From Actinomycetota bacterium (GTDB taxonomy: Bacteria > Actinomycetota > UBA4738 > G016210805): a stretch of DNA of 29,514 nucleotides. Positions within the stretch are counted from its first letter, which is position 1. Every line of letters begins with the position of its first letter. The translations under genes and the position numbers were made by a program. The notes under the pieces were generated by a model that was given only the letters and a program-made list of their open reading frames with translations, searched no databases and was not told the origin of the DNA. Positions 16,954 to 26,304 of this stretch are shown here, one piece after another. Location: assembly GCA_016210805.1 (NCBI GenBank), contig JACQTL010000179.1, forward strand, positions 1-29,514. Reading direction: 5' to 3'.

Positions 16954-18002
16954 TCCCTCCCGCCGGCCGGGGCCGGCTCCTCCGACCGACGGCGGAGGAA
17001 CTCGTAGACGTCCCGCTCCCACTCCTCCACCCGCTCCGGGGTGATCAGCCGGCGGAGGCGCCGCTTCTCCGCGAAGTCGAGCAGCGTGTCCCTTGTGGTG
17101 TGCCGGAACCGGTAGCCGAATCCGTCCTTCAGGCGGCCGTTGTCGGCCACCCGGCCGTACAGCAGGAAGCGGAGCTGGTCGGTGGCGTAGTCCACCAGCC
17201 CCACCCGGCGGAGCACGGCCCCGAGCGGGCGGACCAGGGGCAGGGGCACGGGCACCGGCGGGCGCCCGAGGGTCCGCAGCGCCTGGGACAGGTAGACGAC
17301 CCCGTCGGCGGCCACGTTGTAGATGCCCGGGTGGTGCTCCCGGACGGCGCGGTCCAGGACCTCGATCGCGTCCTCCTCGTGGATCAGCTGGATACGCGGG
17401 TCGAACCCGAGCGGGGTGGGGATCAGCGGGAGCGAGAAGTACCGCGTGAGCGTGGTCTCGATGTCGGGGCCCAGGAAGTTCGCGAAACGAAGGATCGTGA
17501 GGTCCACGTCGGGACGGCGCCGGCCGAAGTCGCGGGCGTACTGCTCGACCTCGACCGAGTCCTTCGAGTACCCGGTCCGGGGCACCGAGCGCGCGCTCAT
17601 GTCCTCGGTGAAGAGGGACGGGTCGCGGGGGTCGGCCCCGTAGACGGCCGTCGTGGACTTGACGATGACCCGCTTGACCCGCTCGGCCTTCTGGCACGCC
17701 GCGAAGAGCTGGAGCGTGCCGATCACGTTGAGCTCCTTCATCGCCGCCCGCCCGCCGACCCGGGGCGGCGTGGCCACGATGTTGGGGTGGACCACCGTGT
17801 CGACCTCCGTGGTCTGGAGGATCTTCACGACGAGCGGGTTGCGGATGTCGGCCCGGACGTACTCGGTGCGTTCCAGGTCCAGCTCGGGCTCGTCGAGGTC
17901 CACGCCGACCAGGTACTCGACGTCGGGGTCCTGCTCCAGGCGCCGGGCCAGGTGCCCACCGAGGAACCGGGAGACCCCCGTGATCAGCACTCGCCGTCCC
18001 AA
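16950..18002 (-). CDS. NAD-dependent epimerase/dehydratase (Rv0501/GalE2-like)
   Basis: TTG start; RVLITGVSRFLG, ELNVIGTLQL, KSTTAVYG and LRFANFLGP. Sits in its conserved position upstream of the acyltransferase. Confidence 0.9.
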   Translation of the reverse strand: MGRRVLITGVSRFLGGHLARRLEQDPDVEYLVGVDLDEPELDLERTEYVRADIRNPLVVKILQTTEVDTVVHPNIVATPPRVGGRAAMKELNVIGTLQLFAACQKAERVKRVIVKSTTAVYGADPRDPSLFTEDMSARSVPRTGYSKDSVEVEQYARDFGRRRPDVDLTILRFANFLGPDIETTLTRYFSLPLIPTPLGFDPRIQLIHEEDAIEVLDRAVREHHPGIYNVAADGVVYLSQALRTLGRPPVPVPLPLVRPLGAVLRRVGLVDYATDQLRFLLYGRVADNGRLKDGFGYRFRHTTRDTLLDFAEKRRLRRLITPERVEEWERDVYEFLRRRSEEPAPAGGRE

Positions 18003-18061
18003 GTGGGCTCCGCTCCCTCCCAGCTGGTCCGCGCCTCGCCCGGTCCGAGGAGGCGGCGGGC

Positions 18062-18868
18062 TCAGACCCCCGCCGGCGGGGTCAGGATAACAGCGTCCCC
18101 CCGGCCGACGGCGAGGGCCACCGCCGCGCTCCCCCCGTTGGCCACGACGGCCAGCCAGCCCGAGGAGTCCACCAGGAAGGCGAGCTCGCGCGGTCCGACG
18201 TCCGCGTACGAGGCCACCCGGCGGAGGGTGTACGGGTCCACCGTGACGGCGTCCCCCAGCCCGGCCGTGGCCAGGTGCTGGGGCCGGACGTTCAGCTGGA
18301 CGTTCCCGAAGCGATCCACGGAGAGCACCCTGGCCTCGATCCGCCCGTCCCCCACCACCGGCGCGGGCACCCCGACCCGGACCAGCCCTCCGCCCGACAC
18401 GGCGGAGCCGACCTCCTCGAGGGCGAGGCCGGCGGCCAGGTGGGCGGCCACCGGGGAGAAGACGTCCCGGCCGTGGAACGTGGCCGAGACTGGCCTGCGG
18501 AAGAGGTCGTCGTTCTCGATGACCAGGGCCTGCCTGACGCCGCCGAGGACCTCCCAGGCCAGGGACAGGAGCCCGTTGTCCGGTCCCACGAGGATCGGCC
18601 CGGCGGCCGCCTCCACCGCGATCGGCCGGCGGGCCGTCCCCACGCCGGGATCGACGACGGCGAGGACGACGGCGTCGGCCGGCAGGTAGGGCGCCGCCCG
18701 GGCCAGGGTCAGCGCGCCCGCCAGGACGTCCTGCGGCGGGATGGCGTGGGTGAGGTCGATCACGCTCGCGTCCGGCGCGATCCCCGCGACCACCGCCTTG
18801 CAGACGCCGACGAACTCGTCCTCCACCCCGAAGTCCGTGAGGAACACGATAGGCCTGGCCACGGTCAC
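18062..18868 (-). CDS. SAM hydroxide adenosyltransferase (DUF62; fluorinase/chlorinase superfamily)
   Basis: TDFG, IDLTH, VVDPGVGTARR, GPDNGLL, TFHGRD and DRFGN. The Asp/Arg/His set typical of DUF62 hydrolases is present. Confidence 0.9.
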   Translation of the reverse strand: MTVARPIVFLTDFGVEDEFVGVCKAVVAGIAPDASVIDLTHAIPPQDVLAGALTLARAAPYLPADAVVLAVVDPGVGTARRPIAVEAAAGPILVGPDNGLLSLAWEVLGGVRQALVIENDDLFRRPVSATFHGRDVFSPVAAHLAAGLALEEVGSAVSGGGLVRVGVPAPVVGDGRIEARVLSVDRFGNVQLNVRPQHLATAGLGDAVTVDPYTLRRVASYADVGPRELAFLVDSSGWLAVVANGGSAAVALAVGRGDAVILTPPAGV

Positions 18869-19653
18869 AGGTTCTCCTCGATGAAGGCGAAGACGAGCTG
18901 GCGGGCTTCCTCGGCTCGGCCCTCGGTGAGGAGGGCGACCCCGTGGGCGTCGGTGGGGAGGATCTCGACCCGCTTGGGCGACCGGGAGGCCGTGTAGAAG
19001 GCCTGGGCGTCGCGGGCGGCGGGGCCGTCGCCGGTCCCGGCCAGGACGAGCTTGGGCGCGTATACCTTGAACAGGAGATCGGGTGTGGCGGCCAGGCCCT
19101 GGTAGGTCGCCGGGGCAGACAGGGTCACGACGCCGGTGAGCGGCTGGCCCTCGATCACCGGTCGGTCTTCGGCCAGGCGACCCGCGGCCACGAGCGCCGC
19201 CGTCCCTCCGATGTCCGCCCCCACGATCACCACCCGCCTGGCCCCGCGCTCCCGGAGCAGGTCGAACGCGGCGGTCACGTCCCGCCAGGTCTGCGGCACG
19301 TCCCGGGTTCCCCCCGAGCAGCCGGCCTCACCACCGGGACAGTACCCCCGGAGGTCGAACGTGAGGACGAGGTGGCCCCGGTCGGCCAGCTCCCCGGCGG
19401 TCTCGAACCAGTCGGACTGGTCCCCGTCGAGGCCGTGCACGAGGACCACTCCCCCGGCGCCGTCCCCGAACAACCGCCCGTCGAGCTCCACGCCGTCGGA
19501 GGTCCGGAACGTCACGGCCTCCGCTCCGGCCAGGGCCCACTCCGCCCGGCCGGACTGCCGGCACGCGCCGGCCAAGAGGAGGAGCAGGAGGACGAGAGCG
19601 ACGGGGTTGGGCCGGCCGGGCCGCCGGGCGAAGGTCGCCGCGCGCCTGCGCAC
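18865..19653 (-). CDS. Exported alpha/beta hydrolase (probable lipoprotein) with G-A-D-I-G nucleophile elbow
   Basis: Signal ...LLLLLLAGAC, then FRTSDGVELDG, VLVHG, FDLRGY, GADIGG, GTGD and DAHG. GTGA overlap with DUF62. Confidence 0.82.
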   Translation of the reverse strand: MRRRAATFARRPGRPNPVALVLLLLLLAGACRQSGRAEWALAGAEAVTFRTSDGVELDGRLFGDGAGGVVLVHGLDGDQSDWFETAGELADRGHLVLTFDLRGYCPGGEAGCSGGTRDVPQTWRDVTAAFDLLRERGARRVVIVGADIGGTAALVAAGRLAEDRPVIEGQPLTGVVTLSAPATYQGLAATPDLLFKVYAPKLVLAGTGDGPAARDAQAFYTASRSPKRVEILPTDAHGVALLTEGRAEEARQLVFAFIEENL

Positions 19654-19669
19654 GGCCCTGCTACCCGGC

Positions 19670-19771
19670 CTACCGGCCCTGCTGCCGGCGCTGCCAGCGG
19701 GTCTTCTTGAGCAGCTTCTTGTGCTTCTTCTTCCGCATCTTCTTGCGGCGCTTCTTGACCAGCGACGGCAC
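19670..19771 (-). CDS. 30S ribosomal protein bS22 (AURKAIP1/COX24 domain)
   Basis: Absent from the track. GTG start gives MPSLVKKRRKKMRKKKHKKLLKKTRWQRRQQGR (33 aa), the bS22/Rv0500B pattern, in its conserved neighbourhood. Confidence 0.93.
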   Translation of the reverse strand: MPSLVKKRRKKMRKKKHKKLLKKTRWQRRQQGR

Positions 19772-19812
19772 GCGTTCGTCCTTCCCTCTTCAGCCTGGAT
19801 GGGGCGGGCCGA

Positions 19813-20703
19813 TCAGTCGGTCCCGAACAGGTTCCGGAGATCGACCCGCTTCGCCCGGAAGGCCTCATCCAGGCGAACCGAGCCCAGTCTAAGGGCCTTG
19901 GGCGCCTCTGCCACGGGCGAGATCAGCCGGAGGACCCCCTCGTCGGCGGAGTGCTCGAGGTAGCCCATCCCGATCGTGCTCCCCGCGCCATCGGACAGGC
20001 CGACCAGGAGGCGGTCCAGCTCCTCGAGCTCGAAGAGAGCCGGGAGCGCCGGCATGAACACCGTGGGCTTGACCCGGTACCGCTGGAGGGGCTCGGCGAA
20101 GTACCGGCGCATGGCCTCCTCGCGGTTCGCGGCCCGCTGCTCGACGGACGTCGGGACGACCTCCGGGTGGACGGGGAGCGCGGCGACGTCCGTGGCGAAG
20201 AACCGGTTCAGGATCCCCAGGATGGGATCGAGCTCGCCCCCCCGCTTCAGCCCGATCACCAGCTCGGGCCGGAGGAGGTCGACCTTGTGGTACTTGAGGA
20301 TCTGCCCGTACACCCCGCTGACCAGGCCCGACGTGTCCACGACCACGAACTCGGCGCCGGCCTCCCGGGCCCGGGCCAGGAGGCTGGCCGCCCCCGCCAC
20401 CACGGGGAGCAGGTGTCCCTGGGGCGAGGTGGCCCCCACGAAGTAGATCGAGTCGGCAACGGCCAGGACGGCCGGCTCGAGGTCCGCCGCCGAGCGGACG
20501 AGCTTCATCCCCACCGTGGCCGGCGGTCCCACGCTCTTCTGCCCGAGGTCCACGTCGAGGAAGGCGGTGGTCCGGCCGTGCTCCAGGGCGGCCCGGATCA
20601 TGCGCAGCGCCGTCGTGGTCTTCCCGGAGTCGAGCCCGCCGACCAGCGCGACGGTGTTCGCCCTGGTCACCGCTCGCTCGATGAGCAGCTGATAGTCGTC
20701 CAC
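19813..20703 (-). CDS. Clp1/Nol9/Grc3-family polynucleotide 5'-hydroxyl kinase
   Basis: Walker A GGLDSGKT, Walker B DVDLGQ followed by GPP, YFVGATSP, clasp-like DTSG, lid RAANR...RYF and an archaeal-Clp1-like C-terminus LVGLSD...GMGYL...LGSVRL. Confidence 0.88.
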   Translation of the reverse strand: MDDYQLLIERAVTRANTVALVGGLDSGKTTTALRMIRAALEHGRTTAFLDVDLGQKSVGPPATVGMKLVRSAADLEPAVLAVADSIYFVGATSPQGHLLPVVAGAASLLARAREAGAEFVVVDTSGLVSGVYGQILKYHKVDLLRPELVIGLKRGGELDPILGILNRFFATDVAALPVHPEVVPTSVEQRAANREEAMRRYFAEPLQRYRVKPTVFMPALPALFELEELDRLLVGLSDGAGSTIGMGYLEHSADEGVLRLISPVAEAPKALRLGSVRLDEAFRAKRVDLRNLFGTD

Positions 20704-20757
20704 TGCGCCTCCGGGTTCGGGTCCGCGGACCCCTCCCGCAGGCGTCGCCTCGTCGCG

Positions 20758-20955
20758 CTAGCCGGCTTCCGTGTACCGCTGGTTCAGGTAGTGGTGGACC
20801 TCGTCCTCCCGGAGCCTGTACCCCCGTCCCACCCGGACGGCGGGCAGCTCTCCCTGGTTGATAAGCCGGTACACGGTCATCCTGGACACCCGCATGAGCT
20901 GTGCGACCTCACTCACGGTGACGAAACGAGCCTGGTAGAAGGAGTCCCTTGCCAT
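20758..20955 (-). CDS. Excisionase-like helix-turn-helix DNA-binding protein (Rv0500A/BdtA-like)
   Basis: FVTVSEVAQLMRVSRMTVYRLINQGELPAVRVGRGYR; conserved chromosomal position upstream of bS22. Confidence 0.92.
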   Translation of the reverse strand: MARDSFYQARFVTVSEVAQLMRVSRMTVYRLINQGELPAVRVGRGYRLREDEVHHYLNQRYTEAG

Positions 20956-20964
20956 TTCGGGGCG

Positions 20965-20970
20965 ATTCTA
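20965..20970 (-). promoter_or_regulatory. Housekeeping-type -10 element (TAGAAT) for the HTH - Clp1 - bS22 run
   Basis: Near-consensus hexamer 9 nt upstream of ATG 20955, in otherwise GC-rich DNA. Confidence 0.55.
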
Positions 20971-21023
20971 CCGGGCGGGGCCCACCGGCAGACAGCCCGT
21001 ACGCCCGGGTCGCGCCCCGAACG

Positions 21024-21854
21024 TCAGGAGAGCTTCGCGGCGATGGCCTGGAAGCAGGGCCAGTAGGACTCGGGGCGGACGTTGTCGTCCATCACGATCA
21101 CGGGGCCACACCGGCCCTGGGACCGGGCCACGATCAGGGCCGGGTCGTTCACGTCAGCGATCGAGATCGTCTCCACGCCGGCCTCGATCGCCGCTCCGGC
21201 GAAGCCGTGGTCGGCGAACACGAGGTCGGGGCGGACCTCGGCGAGCATCCGCTCCATGGGCTCGGGGCTGTGGGTGTGCACGGCCGAGCCGTGCTTGACG
21301 AGGACGGCGACGCCGTGGAGGTAGCGGATCTCCCGCCGGGTTCCCCGCCGGCCGCCCCTCCAGGCCTCCCCGTCGGACGGGGTGAGCAGCTCGACCCCCC
21401 GGGCCGCGAGGAGCCGTCCGACCTCCATGTAGAGCAGGGGCAGCCCCGTGGGGTGGCCGGTGGCCAGGATCACCCGCTCGCCCCGGCGACAGGCCAGGGC
21501 CAGCCGCTCGCCGACCTCCTCGCACGCTGCCAGGACCCGCTCCGGGTCGACCTCCACGGGACCCCACCGGACCCGGCGGTCGGGCGCGAAACCGGCGGCC
21601 CGGCCGACCAGCTCCAGCGCCTCGCGGGCCGAGCAGCTCCCGGCCAGGCCGGTCATCCCGAACTGGAGGATCGGGTCGCCCTCGCACAGCCGACCGATCT
21701 TCCACAGGACGTTGTCCATCGGATGGCTGACCTCGATGCCTGCCGCCCCGCCGGACAGGAGGCCGCGGACCAGCTCGTCGCGCGGGTACGATCGCGGCGT
21801 CCACCGGTCGTCGGGGACCGGCAGCCGGCGGATGTGAGCTTCCATGGAGGACAT
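21024..21854 (-). CDS. Actinobacterial 'phosphatase' family protein (PF15698-like)
   Basis: Motifs ILATGHP, HTHSP, FADHG, ADVNDPAL and MDDNV. Start placed at ATG 21854, 7 nt after -10 TACCAT (21862-21867), so leaderless. Conserved position between acuC and the HTH gene. Confidence 0.8.
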   Translation of the reverse strand: MSSMEAHIRRLPVPDDRWTPRSYPRDELVRGLLSGGAAGIEVSHPMDNVLWKIGRLCEGDPILQFGMTGLAGSCSAREALELVGRAAGFAPDRRVRWGPVEVDPERVLAACEEVGERLALACRRGERVILATGHPTGLPLLYMEVGRLLAARGVELLTPSDGEAWRGGRRGTRREIRYLHGVAVLVKHGSAVHTHSPEPMERMLAEVRPDLVFADHGFAGAAIEAGVETISIADVNDPALIVARSQGRCGPVIVMDDNVRPESYWPCFQAIAAKLS

Positions 21855-21861
21855 CCCACCG

Positions 21862-22125
21862 ATGGTACGGGAACCGGACACGCCCGCCCCGCTCGCCTCC
21901 AGGAGGTTCGGACCCGAGCGGCGGGCCGACTTCTTCGCCCTGCACTCCACGGCCAACGGCTGCGGCTGGTGCCGCTGCGTGGCCTGGTGGGTCCCGACCT
22001 GGGACGGCTGGTCGGCACCCTCCGCGGAGGAGTCGGTCCCAACCGCCTGGCCCCTCACGACGGATCGCCCGCTGTGGTTGCATGTTCCGGCCGCCCGGGC
22101 GCGTTGCCCGGCGATCCGGAGGTAA
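21862..22125 (+). pseudogene. Probable truncated GNAT acetyltransferase remnant (N-terminal fragment)
   Basis: RRADFFALHSTANGCGWCRCVAWWVPTWDGW...SAEE resembles, from memory, the N-terminus of GxCWC-type GNATs. Protein-like sequence and GC3 bias fade after about 22032. Confidence 0.45.
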
Positions 22126-22132
22126 GGCTGAG

Positions 22133-22912
22133 ATGATCGACCTGTCGCTTCAGGGCCGCACCGCCGTGGTGACGGGCGGGAGCAAGGGCATCGGGAGGGC
22201 CGTCGCCCTCGCGCTGGCCGGAGCCGGGGCCGACGTGGCGCTCGCCGCCCGCAAGCCCGAGGACCTCGAGAAGGCCGTCGCCGAGATCGAGGGCCTCGGC
22301 CGCAGGGCCCTGGGCGTCCCCACGGACGTCGGCGACCCGGAGCAGATCCGGGCGCTGGTGGAGCGCACCGCCGCGGAGTTCGGCGGGTTCGACATCCTGG
22401 TGAACAACGCCGGAGCGGCGCCGTTCTCCGCCACCGTCGACACGATGCGCCCCGACGGCTTCGAGAAGTACTTCCGGGTGAACTTCATCTCGGCCTGGTA
22501 CGCGTGCCACTTCGCCGCCCCCGTGCTCCTCCCGCGGGGGCCGGGCGCGTGCGTGCTGAACGTCGCGTCGGTGGCCGCGCTGATGGCCACCCCCTCGCTC
22601 AGCTACTACGGGACGGCGAAGGCCGCGATGGTCAGCCTGACCAGGACCCTGGCCCAGGAGTGGGCGGCCGACGGCGTCCGGGTGAATGCCGTGGCCCCCG
22701 GGTGGATCGACACGGACATGAACGCGATGCTCCGGGCGAGCCCCGACATCGAGCGGACGATCGTCTCGCAGATCCCGATCGGCCGGTGGGGCACGGCCGA
22801 GGACGTGGCCGCCGCGGCCCTGTTCCTGTGCTCTCCGGCCGCCTCGTTCATCACGGGGGCCACGCTCGTCGTGGACGGGGGCCAGACCATCACGGGCCGC
22901 CTGGTCCCGTAG
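22133..22912 (+). CDS. Short-chain dehydrogenase/reductase (FabG-like)
   Basis: TGGSKGIG, NNAG, YGTAK, NAVAPGWIDT and VDGG. Start ATG 22133 follows GGAGG. Confidence 0.92.
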   Translation: MIDLSLQGRTAVVTGGSKGIGRAVALALAGAGADVALAARKPEDLEKAVAEIEGLGRRALGVPTDVGDPEQIRALVERTAAEFGGFDILVNNAGAAPFSATVDTMRPDGFEKYFRVNFISAWYACHFAAPVLLPRGPGACVLNVASVAALMATPSLSYYGTAKAAMVSLTRTLAQEWAADGVRVNAVAPGWIDTDMNAMLRASPDIERTIVSQIPIGRWGTAEDVAAAALFLCSPAASFITGATLVVDGGQTITGRLVP

Positions 22913-22918
22913 GGGCCG

Positions 22919-23707
22919 ATGGAGCTCCGCGGTGCGGTCGCCGTCGTCACCGGGGCCTCGGCCGGCATAGGGCGGGCCACCGCGTGGGCGCTGGCCGGAG
23001 CCGGGGCCCGCGTGGCCATGGCGGCCCGGCGGGCCGAGCGCCTCGAGGAGCTCCGGGGCGAGATCGAGGCTCGGGGCGGCGAGGCCCTGGCCGTCCGGTG
23101 CGACGTGACCGAGGTGGCCGACCTGGAGGGCCTGAGGGACGCCGTCATGGAGCGCTGGGGTCGGGTGGACGCCCTGGTGAACAACGCCGGGGTCCCCGGT
23201 TCCGGCCCGCTCGCCGACGCCTCCCTGGAGGAGGCCGAGCGGGTCATCGCCGTGAACTACCTGGGGGTCGTCCGGGCCACCAGGGTCTTCCTCCCCATCC
23301 TCCTGGACCAGGGGAGCGGGCACGTGGTGAACGTGGCCTCGGTAGCCGGTCGGTTCGGCTTGCCGGGGGCGTCGGTCTACAGCTCCACGAAGCACGCCGT
23401 GGTGGGGTTCTCCGAGTCGCTGCACTTCGAGGTGGAGCCCCGAGGCGTCAGGGTCACGGCGCTGAACCCCGGGTTCGTGCGCACCGAGGGGTTCCCCCAG
23501 AGGGGCCTGCCCGGGATCGTGGTGATGCGGCCGGAGCGCGTAGCCCGGGCGGTGCTCCGCGTGCTGCGGAGCGGCAAGGCCCCGGAGGCCACCGTTCCGG
23601 GGTGGTACAAGCCGCTCGAGATGTTCCGGCTGGCCACCCCGCCCCTCTACCGGTGGGGGCTCCGGATGGCCGACCGGGTCCGCCGCCGCCTCCCCGACGA
23701 GGGCTGA
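22919..23707 (+). CDS. Short-chain dehydrogenase/reductase
   Basis: [17 protein letters not shown] and PGFVRT. Confidence 0.92.
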   Translation: MELRGAVAVVTGASAGIGRATAWALAGAGARVAMAARRAERLEELRGEIEARGGEALAVRCDVTEVADLEGLRDAVMERWGRVDALVNNAGVPGSGPLADASLEEAERVIAVNYLGVVRATRVFLPILLDQGSGHVVNVASVAGRFGLPGASVYSSTKHAVVGFSESLHFEVEPRGVRVTALNPGFVRTEGFPQRGLPGIVVMRPERVARAVLRVLRSGKAPEATVPGWYKPLEMFRLATPPLYRWGLRMADRVRRRLPDEG

Positions 23708-23719
23708 CCCCCCCGGCCG

Positions 23720-25159
23720 CTAGGGCGTCCTCGGCCCCCCGATGCGGTGGACCTTGAGGAGGTTGGTCCGCGCGTAGCCGACCGGCGACGACGCCACCAT
23801 CACGATCACGTCCCCGTCCGCGGCCAGTCCCCTGGCCAGGAGCCCCTCCTCCATACCGGCGATCATCGCGTCGGTGTGCGGCGGGACCTCCGTGGGCCAC
23901 GGGCGGACCCCCCACTGGAGGCACAGGGCCCTGCGGACCCCGTCCACCGGGGCGAACGCGTGGATCGGGACCCGGGGCCGCTCGCCGGCCAGGAGGGCCG
24001 CCGTCCGGCCGGTCCGGGTGAAGCAGGCGATCGCGGCGGCGTCGGGGTGCTGGGCGGCCACCTCGGCGGCGGCGTGGGCGATCGCGGAGGGACCGTCGCG
24101 GTGGCGGCAGTCCGGTCCCTCGGCCTCGAACAGGCGGCCCCGCCGCTCCGCGACCCGGGCGATCCCGGCCGCGGTCCGGGCCGCCTCCACCGGGAACTCG
24201 CCGATCGCCGTCTCGCCCGAGAGCATCACGGCGTCCGCGCCGTCCAGCACCGCGTTGGCCACGTCGGAGGCCTCCGCCCGGGTCGGCCGGGAGGCGTGGA
24301 GCATCGACTCGAGCATCTGGGTGGCCACGATGGCCGGCGTCCCGGCGCCCCTGGCTCGCGTGATGAGCTCCTTCTGGAGGACGGGGATCTCCTCCATGGG
24401 GAGCTCGACGCCCAGGTCGCCCCGGGCCACCATGACCCCCTCCGCGCTCTCGACCAGTGCCCCCGCCGCCTCCACGGCCATCCGGGTCTCGATCTTGGCG
24501 ACCAGCGGCACCCGCCGGTCCCCCATGAGCGCCCTGAGCTCCTCGAGGTCCTCCACCCGGCGCACAAACGACTGGGCGACAAGGTCGACCCCCAGGTCCA
24601 GGGCCCGGGCCAGGGCCTCCCGGTCCGCGTCGGTCACGGGGGGCAGGCCGAGCCGCTCCGAGGGGGGGTTGACCCCCGAGCGGGACCGGACCGCCCCGCC
24701 CCGGACCACCTCCGTGGCCACCTCCCGGCCGCTCTCCCTGACGACCAGCTCCACCGCCCCGTCGGCCAGCAGGATCCGGTCGCCGGGTCGCACGTCCGAC
24801 CCCAGCCCGGCGTAGGAGACCGGGGCCCCGTCCCCGTCGCCGGGGCCTCCGTCCGGGCGGAGGACGAAGGACCGGCCCGGCTCGAGCTCCAGCGGCTCGA
24901 CGGACAACCGGCCCAGGCGACCCTTGGGGCCGGGGAGATCGGCCATCACCCCCAGGCTCCGGCCGAGCGCCCCCTCCGCCTCCCGGACCAGTCGCACGGC
25001 CTCGGCGTGGTCCTGGGGCGTCCCGTGGGAGAGGTTCACCCGGAACAGGGCCGCTCCGGCCTCGGCCAGGCTCCGGACCATGGCCGCGTTCCGGGTGGCC
25101 GGGCCCAGGGTGACGACCAGCTTGGTGTTCGGGCGCCCCGGTTCCTCCGGCGCGTTCAC
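23720..25159 (-). CDS. pyk: Pyruvate kinase
   Basis: [40 protein letters not shown] and [30 protein letters not shown] 25159 overlaps the acuC stop. Confidence 0.95.
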   Translation of the reverse strand: MNAPEEPGRPNTKLVVTLGPATRNAAMVRSLAEAGAALFRVNLSHGTPQDHAEAVRLVREAEGALGRSLGVMADLPGPKGRLGRLSVEPLELEPGRSFVLRPDGGPGDGDGAPVSYAGLGSDVRPGDRILLADGAVELVVRESGREVATEVVRGGAVRSRSGVNPPSERLGLPPVTDADREALARALDLGVDLVAQSFVRRVEDLEELRALMGDRRVPLVAKIETRMAVEAAGALVESAEGVMVARGDLGVELPMEEIPVLQKELITRARGAGTPAIVATQMLESMLHASRPTRAEASDVANAVLDGADAVMLSGETAIGEFPVEAARTAAGIARVAERRGRLFEAEGPDCRHRDGPSAIAHAAAEVAAQHPDAAAIACFTRTGRTAALLAGERPRVPIHAFAPVDGVRRALCLQWGVRPWPTEVPPHTDAMIAGMEEGLLARGLAADGDVIVMVASSPVGYARTNLLKVHRIGGPRTP

Positions 25160-26304
25160 GGGACCAGGCCGTGAAGGGGGAAGATCGTCCGGCGGACGTC
25201 GGCCACGACGCCGGGCACGGCCACGTCGCCGCGTCCGGGTGGCGGGTCCTCCTCCGAGAGCGTCGTGGGGACGGGCGCCCGGAGCCGGCCCTCGGCCTCC
25301 TCGATCCATGCGCCGGGCAGCAGGTCGGGAACCTCCGCGCCGGCCATCTCGGCGAAGTAGATCGTCCAGGCCCTCGGCACCACCCGGGCCCACTGGTAGC
25401 CGCCGCCTCCGGTGGCCACCCACCGGCCCTCCGCGGCGTCGTGGGCCAGGCGGTGCAGCTCCACGGCCGCCTCGCGGTAGGCCCGGGTGGACAGGCGAAG
25501 GTTGGCCAGGGGGTCGGAGACGTGCGTGTCGCACCCGAGCTGTGTGACCAGCACCTCCGGCTTCCACGCGGTGACCAGCGGCGGGACCACCTCGTGGAAG
25601 GCCTGGAGCCACCCGTCGTCGCCGGTGTCGGGGGCCAGAGGGACGTTCACCTTCGTGCCCTCGGCGTCCCCCCCACCCATCTCGGGCACGAACCCGGACC
25701 CGGGGAACAGGTACCGGCCGCTCTGGTGGAGGGAGATCGTCAGTACCCGGGGGTCCTCGTAGAAGATGGCCTGGGGCCCGTCCCCGTGGTGGACGTCGAC
25801 GTCCACGTAGGCGATCCGCTCGGCCCCCTGCTCGAGGAGCCGGGCGATGGCCACGGCCGGGTCGTCGTAGACACAGAAGCCGGAGGCCCGGGAGGGCATC
25901 GCGTGGTGGAGGCCGCCGGCGGCGTTGAAGGAATGGTCGGCTCGCCCGCTCCACACCTCGTCGGCCGCGACGATCGACGCCCCGGCCACCCACGCCCCCG
26001 CCTCGTGCATGTCCGGGAAGATCGGGTTGTCGCCGGGGCCGTAGCCGTACCTTGACCAGTCCCCGCTCTCGCCGTGGCCGGCCCGCCGGGTGGCCTCGAT
26101 GAAGTCGTCGGTGTGGACCAGGCCGACCTCGTCGTCGGCGGCCTGCCGGCCGGGAACCGTGCTCACGTTCTCGCGGCCGGGGAGCCCGTACTCCTCGATC
26201 AGCCGCCAGGTGAGGAGCACGCGCTGGGGGCGCAGGGGGTGCTGCGGCCCGTGGTCGTAGATCCGGGCCTCGGGCGTCTGGACCAGGGCCACGGACCGGC
26301 TCAC
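25156..26304 (-). CDS. acuC: AcuC / histone-deacetylase-family Zn-dependent deacetylase
   Basis: [31 protein letters not shown]...DPL and GGGGY. GTG 26304 overlaps the aminotransferase stop. Confidence 0.93.
   Translation of the reverse strand: MSRSVALVQTPEARIYDHGPQHPLRPQRVLLTWRLIEEYGLPGRENVSTVPGRQAADDEVGLVHTDDFIEATRRAGHGESGDWSRYGYGPGDNPIFPDMHEAGAWVAGASIVAADEVWSGRADHSFNAAGGLHHAMPSRASGFCVYDDPAVAIARLLEQGAERIAYVDVDVHHGDGPQAIFYEDPRVLTISLHQSGRYLFPGSGFVPEMGGGDAEGTKVNVPLAPDTGDDGWLQAFHEVVPPLVTAWKPEVLVTQLGCDTHVSDPLANLRLSTRAYREAAVELHRLAHDAAEGRWVATGGGGYQWARVVPRAWTIYFAEMAGAEVPDLLPGAWIEEAEGRLRAPVPTTLSEEDPPPGRGDVAVPGVVADVRRTIFPLHGLVP

Noticed and set aside
18062-18868. Fluorinase or chlorinase
   Set aside because: TFHGRD and VVDPGVG..RR match the DUF62 hydroxide-adenosyltransferase type. 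Halogenases have Tyr-containing motifs at this position (TFYSRE, TWYGKD as recalled).
20758-20955. Prophage or ICE excisionase
   Set aside because: No integrase, att repeat or phage genes are present; it is the conserved chromosomal Rv0500A/BdtA-type HTH.
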